DNA of 64,000 nucleotides, taken from NCBI RefSeq assembly GCF_000143415.4, contig NW_003314331.1, positions 168,244 to 232,243 of the forward strand, given 5' to 3'. Each line of letters begins with the position of its first letter. Position 1 is the first letter of the stretch. A program made the translations under genes and the position numbers. Below are positions 57,690 to 64,000 of this stretch, piece after piece. The notes under the pieces were generated by a model. That model had not been told where the DNA came from. It ran no database searches and saw only the letters and a program-made list of their open reading frames with translations. The DNA is from Selaginella moellendorffii (Eukaryota > Plantae > Lycopodiophyta).

Positions 57690-60600
57690 TCAGCTCTCCA
57701 AGAACAGTGGTGCCATCACCAGCGTGATCGTCGATAGCATCTTTATCAAGACGTGGAGAGATGGTCCGGCAGTGTCCTTGAATGGATCCCCAACTCTGTG
57801 GACAAGAAAGGATAGTTCTTTGTCAAGGAAAAACAGGGAAGAAAAACTTACGTGTCGCCGGTAACAGCAGCTTTGTGAGCCTCGCTACCTTTGCCGCCCA
57901 ATGCACCACTCTCGATGAACTTCTTGGCGTTGTCCCAAGCTCCTCCCGCGGTGTTGAGGAAGAGCGCCATCAAAATTCCAGACACGGTAGCGAACATTAG
58001 CATTCCTGCCACTGCTTTTGCTCCCAGCAGTGGCTGCTCCGTGTAAACTCCTACTATTCTAAAGACAACACCTGCAAAGAAAAGAGCGAGGCATCGGACT
58101 ACTTCCAAATCAAACCGGAGAAAACACGTACCAACAATTATCGGGGAGATAACAGCTAGTACACCGGGTTTAATCATCTCCCGTAGTGATGCTTTTGCCA
58201 CAATTGATACGCATCGGCCGTAATCGGGCTTGTCTTGATAGGTCTGTAAAAGGACAGCAGTCTTTAGTTCAAGGAAAACAATGAAAACAAACTAACCATG
58301 ATTCCAGGCCGCTCAGCGAATTGCCGTCGAACTTCATTCACAACCTCCTGTGCTGTTTTGCCTACTGCCGCACACGACCATGCACTAAATACAAATATCA
58401 ACATTGCTCCTAGCAGGCCACCTACAAAAACTTCTGGGATTGCAATGTCAACCTGAAAGCATCCAAGTTGTAGTCAGCCTTAGAAGAACAACTGCTTACC
58501 TCAGTAAAGCTAATCTGAGTAAAAGACGATACTTCGTCCATGTAAGCGCTGAACAGAAGAAAAGACGCTAACGCAGCGGAGCCTATAGCAAATCCCTTGG
58601 TTGTTGCCTTGGTAGTGTTGCCGACTGCGTCAAGAACATCAGTAATATCTCTCACGCTCTCCGGCTGCAAAACCAAATTCCAGTTCAAAACATAGAACAC
58701 GAAATTGCACTTACTTGTTGGCTCATCTCAACAATTCCGCCAGCATTATCAGCAATGGGACCAAACATGTCCATGGTCAACACGTACGCAGCTGTACTCA
58801 GCATCCCCATTGTAGCAATGGCAGTGCCAAATAAACCTCCGACGGGAGCACCTTTACTGTCCACCAGCCCTGACGTTCTTCCAAGCCAATAAGCAGATAC
58901 AATCGCAACGCTTATGACCAGAACGGGCATGGCTGTCGACTCCAGTCCAAGGCCAACGCCCGCTATAATATTTGTTCCGTGCCCGGTGCTGCTAGCAAGG
59001 GCCACCAGTCGCACAGGCTCGTACTTGTAGTCAGTGTAGTATTGAGAGATCCAGACAAAGAGATACGCCGTGATAATGCCTACGAGTCCGCACAAGGCAA
59101 AGTGGAACCATGCCGTAGGCGCTTGCTCAGTATATAAAAGCCACCTTGTAGACTGTTAGGCAAATGCGTCAGTCAAGTCTTCAATGAAAGAAAAGGTCAT
59201 ACATACCGCTCCAAAGGTAATCACAGCTAAAACAACAGCAACGCTATATCCTCTTTGCAAAACCGCCATGGGGTCCTCCATGTATTTGGTTCCCACTTCC
59301 CGTGCATTTTTTATCGACAGGATGCCAATCGCCGAGACAACGAGGTCAAAGGAGTGAACCACAAGCGGAAAAAGTATAAACCCAGATGCATCTGCGTCAG
59401 CGAACCAAACTTAAAACTTCGATGACAACATCTAACACACAAACCTTCTAGCTTGCATCTTTTGACCATAGTGCCTCCCAGAATCATGGCGCTAATTATC
59501 TCCGCAGCAATACTTTCGAATAAATCAGCACCACGAGCAGCACAATCACCAACATTATCTCCAACCTGTAAGACCATTAAGTCCATCAACTAAACGTAAA
59601 CTACAAAATTTACCAGGTCCGCAATTACTGCAGGATTTCTGGGGTCATCCTCCGGAATGCCTTGCTCAACTTTACCGACAAGATCAGCACCAACGTCAGC
59701 TGCCTTCGTGTATATACCACCACCAAGTTGAGCAAAAAGTGCCACAAAAGATGCTCCAAATCCGTACCCGACGAGCAAAAGTGGCACTACACAATGAAAA
59801 GCAAACTTTAAAATCATCATGATTCACGAAGGGACTTACATTCTGTAGCTTTCATGCCAGTCGGAGAGTCCACATTCAAGTAGACGTAAAACACAGCATA
59901 GAGGACAGCTACGCCCAAAACCGTCATACCAACAACGATGAGCGCTGAAAATCCTCCCGCTCTCACAGCTATCTGCAAGAAAGATTTTAGAATAGACCGA
60001 AGAAACAAAAGTTTGATGTTTACCAGCAACGCCTCTCTGGCAGATCTTCTAGCAGCGCTTGATACTCGCACATTAGCTCTAACTGAAACCCACATTCCAA
60101 CGTAGCCAGCGATGCCAGAACATAGAGCTCCAAGCAAAAACGACAACACGGTAATAAATGCTGATGTTGCTCTGTTGTAACCACTATCAGTTTATCACCA
60201 GAACAAAAAAGAAAAAAAGAAATCCTCAGAGAAGAAACAAACACTCACTTGTCAATCCCAGCTGCCTCTTGCTGTGGCGTGGATCTCCTGAACAAATAAA
60301 TACCAAGGATCCCAAAGGCGAGAACCACGGCCATGTTGGTAATTGCACCATACTGGGTGCGAAAGAAGCCTTCTGCACCGTCCCGAATTGCGTCTGATAT
60401 CTGCAAACACGAAGCAGCTCAGTTCCTGACCAAAAGAAGAAGAAAAATAGAGAAAATCGTTACCTGGACCATCTCAGGCGGTCCTTCGTCCTTTGCAAGC
60501 ACCCATGACGAGAGGTAAGTTGCAAAGAAAATGCTCAGCGTGCACACCGCGAAGACGAAGACGATGATCGAGGAGGTCCGAACTCCGACATAGAACATCG

Positions 60601-60831
60601 CCACCAAACTAAATGCCGTGAGGAGATAGTATACTCGCTTATCCATGTTGTATATGAACCTCACGAACTGGATCACCAAAAAGTCGTGGAAAATATTTTT
60701 TGGTGAGCAAACAAAGTGAGCTAGGAACTTACAAAGGGTGCTGTTGACTTGGTTCGCAGCGCTGGAAACGTCCTGGGCTTCTCCTGGTAGGAACCCATGC
60801 CATTCTCCGCATCTTGGCCATCTTCCATCAT
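57690..60831 (-). CDS. AVP2: Type II (K+-independent) H+-translocating pyrophosphatase, multi-exon
   Basis: [55 protein letters not shown] (Lys marks K+-independence) and GGAWDNAKK. Confidence 0.93.
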
Positions 60832-61516
60832 AATCGCGCCCGCAGATCTGCGGGCAATACTCTCTCCCTTCGGCAGCACCAGCTCAATCGAGGCCGGCGG
60901 CGGAATTCCCAGCCGCGAGGCAATGCATTCACCGATCTGCGAGGCGATCCAGCAATCTCACGCTCGATCCTCGCCAATCCGAACCTGGACCAAGGAAATG
61001 GAGGCGCCGCGTGAGATGAGCAGCGGAAATCCAGCTGAGAAGCAGGCGCGGCGCGCTCCGCCGGCTCTCTCGCCCGATCCCTCGCCCGGAATTCGTGGTA
61101 GGGGAAAATAGGGCAAAGGTTCCCAACAGAATCTTCCGTGACGGAAAATGCAACACGATTTAACGGCGGGGATTTGATCGCAATCTGGACAGTGAAAGAT
61201 TGCGAATATTTGAATATACTGTAGAATATACCTAAACTAGTCACCACGGTAAAGAAACCTCGCTTTATAAAATCTGTCTAGGGCAGGAAGGGAATTTCAC
61301 GGATCATCGTCGGCGGCGCGCGGCTCGCTCGCATTCTTTAATCAATCAGGTGTGCTCTCGCCCCGCTCCCACTCGCTCCTCCTCCAGCGGGATCAAGATT
61401 GCCGAGATTTCGCGAGAGGCTTTTCTCGTCTCGCGGAGGGGTTTTGGTAGGGTTTCTCTGATTCGCAGCTCGCTGGTTTGGCATTTGCCGCGCGCAGGTA
61501 GAGATCATCAAGAGGA

Positions 61517-62638
61517 ATGGGCAAGGGACCGGGAATGTTCTCCGACATTGGCAGGAGTACCAGAGGTAGGGAGATTTTTTTTATGCTAGTTCTTTTTAAA
61601 TTTGTGGGATGAGCAGACCTCCTTAACAAGGACTATTTCTACGACCACAAGTTCACTGTCACGACCACAACCTCGTCTGGCTTGGTAAGTTTCATCTGTT
61701 TTGTTCACTTTTTTTTCTTTGTGCTGTGTGATCTTAGCTCTAAGTTTTTTCTTTCTCTGTAGACGTTCACCTCGACTGGAACAAGGAAAGGCGAGTCTCT
61801 GGGAGGGGAGCTCTGTGGCCAGTTTAAGCATTACAACATCACCACTGACGTGAAAGTCGACACAAACTCAAACGTACGTAGCCATCACATTTTCCTTTCC
61901 TTGTAACGTAGCACCTCCGATCACACAGGTGTATGCCACAGTCACTGGCAATGAAGTCAGCCAAGGAGTGAAGGCGATCATCGGCGTGAATCTCCCCAAC
62001 GTCTCGACTGGAAAGGTTCGCTAGAAAGCTTTTGGATTTCGATTGTTCTTGCGAAGTAACATCGCTACAGGTGGAAGTTCACTATGTCCACGACAATGTT
62101 GGCATCACCAGCGCTGTGGGACTGACTGCCTCGCCTCCAGTGGACGTCACGGCGGCCTTTGGCAACAAGGAGTACTCGCTGGGAGGCGCTGTCTCCCTCG
62201 ACACTGCCGCTGGAACCGTGAAGAAGTACGAAGCTGGGCTTGGCATCACCAAGCCGGACTTCACCGCTGCTCTCCTCTTGTAAGTCTGGGACGAAGTTCT
62301 TGACAAGTCTCAACTTTCTTCCTTTTGCTAGGTGTGACAAAGGAGATACTGTGAAAGTCAGCTATTCACACACGGTCAGTCCACTGACGAAGGCCACTGT
62401 CGGCGCGGAGGTGGTGCATTCGATTTCAAAGAAGTTGAATACCTTTACCATCGGTGGCGCGTATAATCTGGACCTCCTCACCACCGTCAAGGCTCGCCTG
62501 AATAATCAGGGGAAGCTCGCGGCTCTGATCCAGCACGAGTTCCGGCCGAAGTCGCTCTTGACGATCTCTGGCGAAGTCGACACGAAGTCCCTGAACAAGG
62601 ACACCAAAGTTGGTCTAGCTCTTTCGCTCAAGCCATGA
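61517..62638 (+). CDS. VDAC: Mitochondrial outer-membrane porin (VDAC), multi-exon
   Basis: MGKGPGMFSDIG, DLLNKDY, TTVKARLNNQGKLAALIQHE and KVGLALSLKP*. Confidence 0.93.
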
Positions 62639-62783
62639 GCAAGTGAGTAAAAACGTCAGTCGAGTCAGTCAGTCAGGGGTATAATCTCCTGGAACGAACC
62701 TTGGAAAAAGAATTTTTCTTTTGTCTGTGACGCTTTTGATGTGAGCAGGAATAATTCGAGCTCGCTTTTTCTCCCCTCTGTTC

Positions 62784-64000
62784 TCATAAGACGAGCCTCA
62801 ACTTTGTTCTCCATGTCTTGCCTACAATCTTCTTCGGTGCAGGATCGTCGACGCCTTTGTCTCGCTGCCCCGATGTAAAATAAAGCCATCCATCCCAGAA
62901 AGCCGCCAGCGTTGTCTTCACCCTGTACGGCATGCGTCCGATGATCTTCCATCTCTGTTCACGCCAAACATCAGCTCGCAACGGCCGAGAGAATCTCGTA
63001 CTGCTACTCACCATTTTCGTGAGGCTGAATTGGAGCACGTCCCCCACAAGAACCATCTTTTTCGTGACTGGATTCTTCTCCGTGGTGCCGCCAACGATGA
63101 CAATGGAATCGTTGACAATCACCCACGCGAACTCGATGTGAGAGTCGGGCTTTGGCATTGGCGGCATGGCTTTCCATGACTTTGCGGCGTTCTCTAGCAT
63201 GTAGACGTCGCTGTAGACCACCTGGCTTGAAAGATTTAGAGCTGGAGAGAGCGAGAATGGTGTGAACTTACCTCACGCTGCCGAGAGCATTTGAAAATAG
63301 GAGACCCGGGCTTGGGCTTGTAATCTCCTTCCTGACCACCAATGACGAAGAGACGATCACCGAAAACAATGCAGGCCCTGCACAAAGGAGAAAGAAATAA
63401 ATTGGAAACTGGAACGACGTCAAGTTCTTGAGCTCTAGTCTTGAACTTGACTGTTTCCAACTCAAGAACCTGACAAGGAAACGTTTTTACCTGTGAGGAC
63501 CACCTCGAGGTATTGGAATCTCGGCTCGCCACTTTGTTTCTACCGCCTTTCCGTCTTTCACAGCGAGGCTCCAGTGCTCAAGCGCGGGCTCCCAGCGATC
63601 CTCCTTACTGCCACCCATGACATGAAGCCTTCCTCTCCAGAGCTGTGTTGCAGGCGCATATCTATCAGCGTGTGTTTTCATACAGCGAGCCATTCTCGAA
63701 AAGAAAAGAAAGAACTTTGTAAGATTTACCTGGGCACCGGAAGTGGAGGAAGACGATCCCACGACTTTGTCTCGGTATCCAGCACGAAGTTGAGATTTGT
63801 CGGTCCTCGACACTGGGGGCCATACTGCCCAGTAACAACGTAAACGAAGCGTCCATCCGTGACCATTCCCAGGTGTGAGTGAGCCATTTCCTTTGGCATA
63901 TCGAAAGTGTCGATCCAAGTGTTTGTCATCAAGTCGAGAACATTGACATGAGAATGTATCTATAGAATGGAAAAGCAAAATGTGAAAGATCTGGAGAAGG
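62784..64000 (-). CDS. Kelch-repeat/galactose-oxidase-like protein, 3' part (runs off the window)
   Basis: HSHLGMVTDGRFVYVVTGQYGPQC, YAPATQLWRGRLHVMGG, IPRGGPHR and LFVIGGQEGD. Confidence 0.88.

Noticed and set aside
51432-60831. FtsZ and H+-PPase as bacterial horizontal transfer or contamination
   Set aside because: Both have spliceosomal introns and typical plant features (transit peptide, AVP2-type N-terminus).

Overview
Eukaryotic plant nuclear DNA with very compact genes and ~50-70 bp introns, PLS-class PPR sequences and a FAM228-like gene. This is most consistent with a lycophyte such as Selaginella (inference, not verified). The left ~43.9 kb is a complex tandem array: about three copies of an ~11.6 kb mosaic unit, containing three N gaps. 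Each unit has an AT-rich, intronless gene encoding two tandem retropepsin-like aspartic-protease domains (DSG and DNG motifs) with a PPR-derived tail. It faces an inverted, decayed paralog across an AT-rich spacer. The unit also carries scrambled fragments of neighbouring host genes: PPR, an OEX2-like 5'-3' exonuclease, a coiled-coil gene and an 82-bp piece of the downstream DnaJ gene. The first unit additionally holds an 8.5 kb block with an intact subtilase. The right ~21 kb is ordinary gene-dense euchromatin: large coiled-coil protein, DnaJ/DUF3444, RFC4, FtsZ1, a truncated GST-N/thioredoxin-family gene, FAM228-like, a small ORF, type II H+-PPase, VDAC and a Kelch protein. The best candidate for something undescribed is the stand-alone single-chain double-retropepsin gene family and its ongoing chimerisation and amplification. 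Exon boundaries and repeat limits were read by eye and are approximate.
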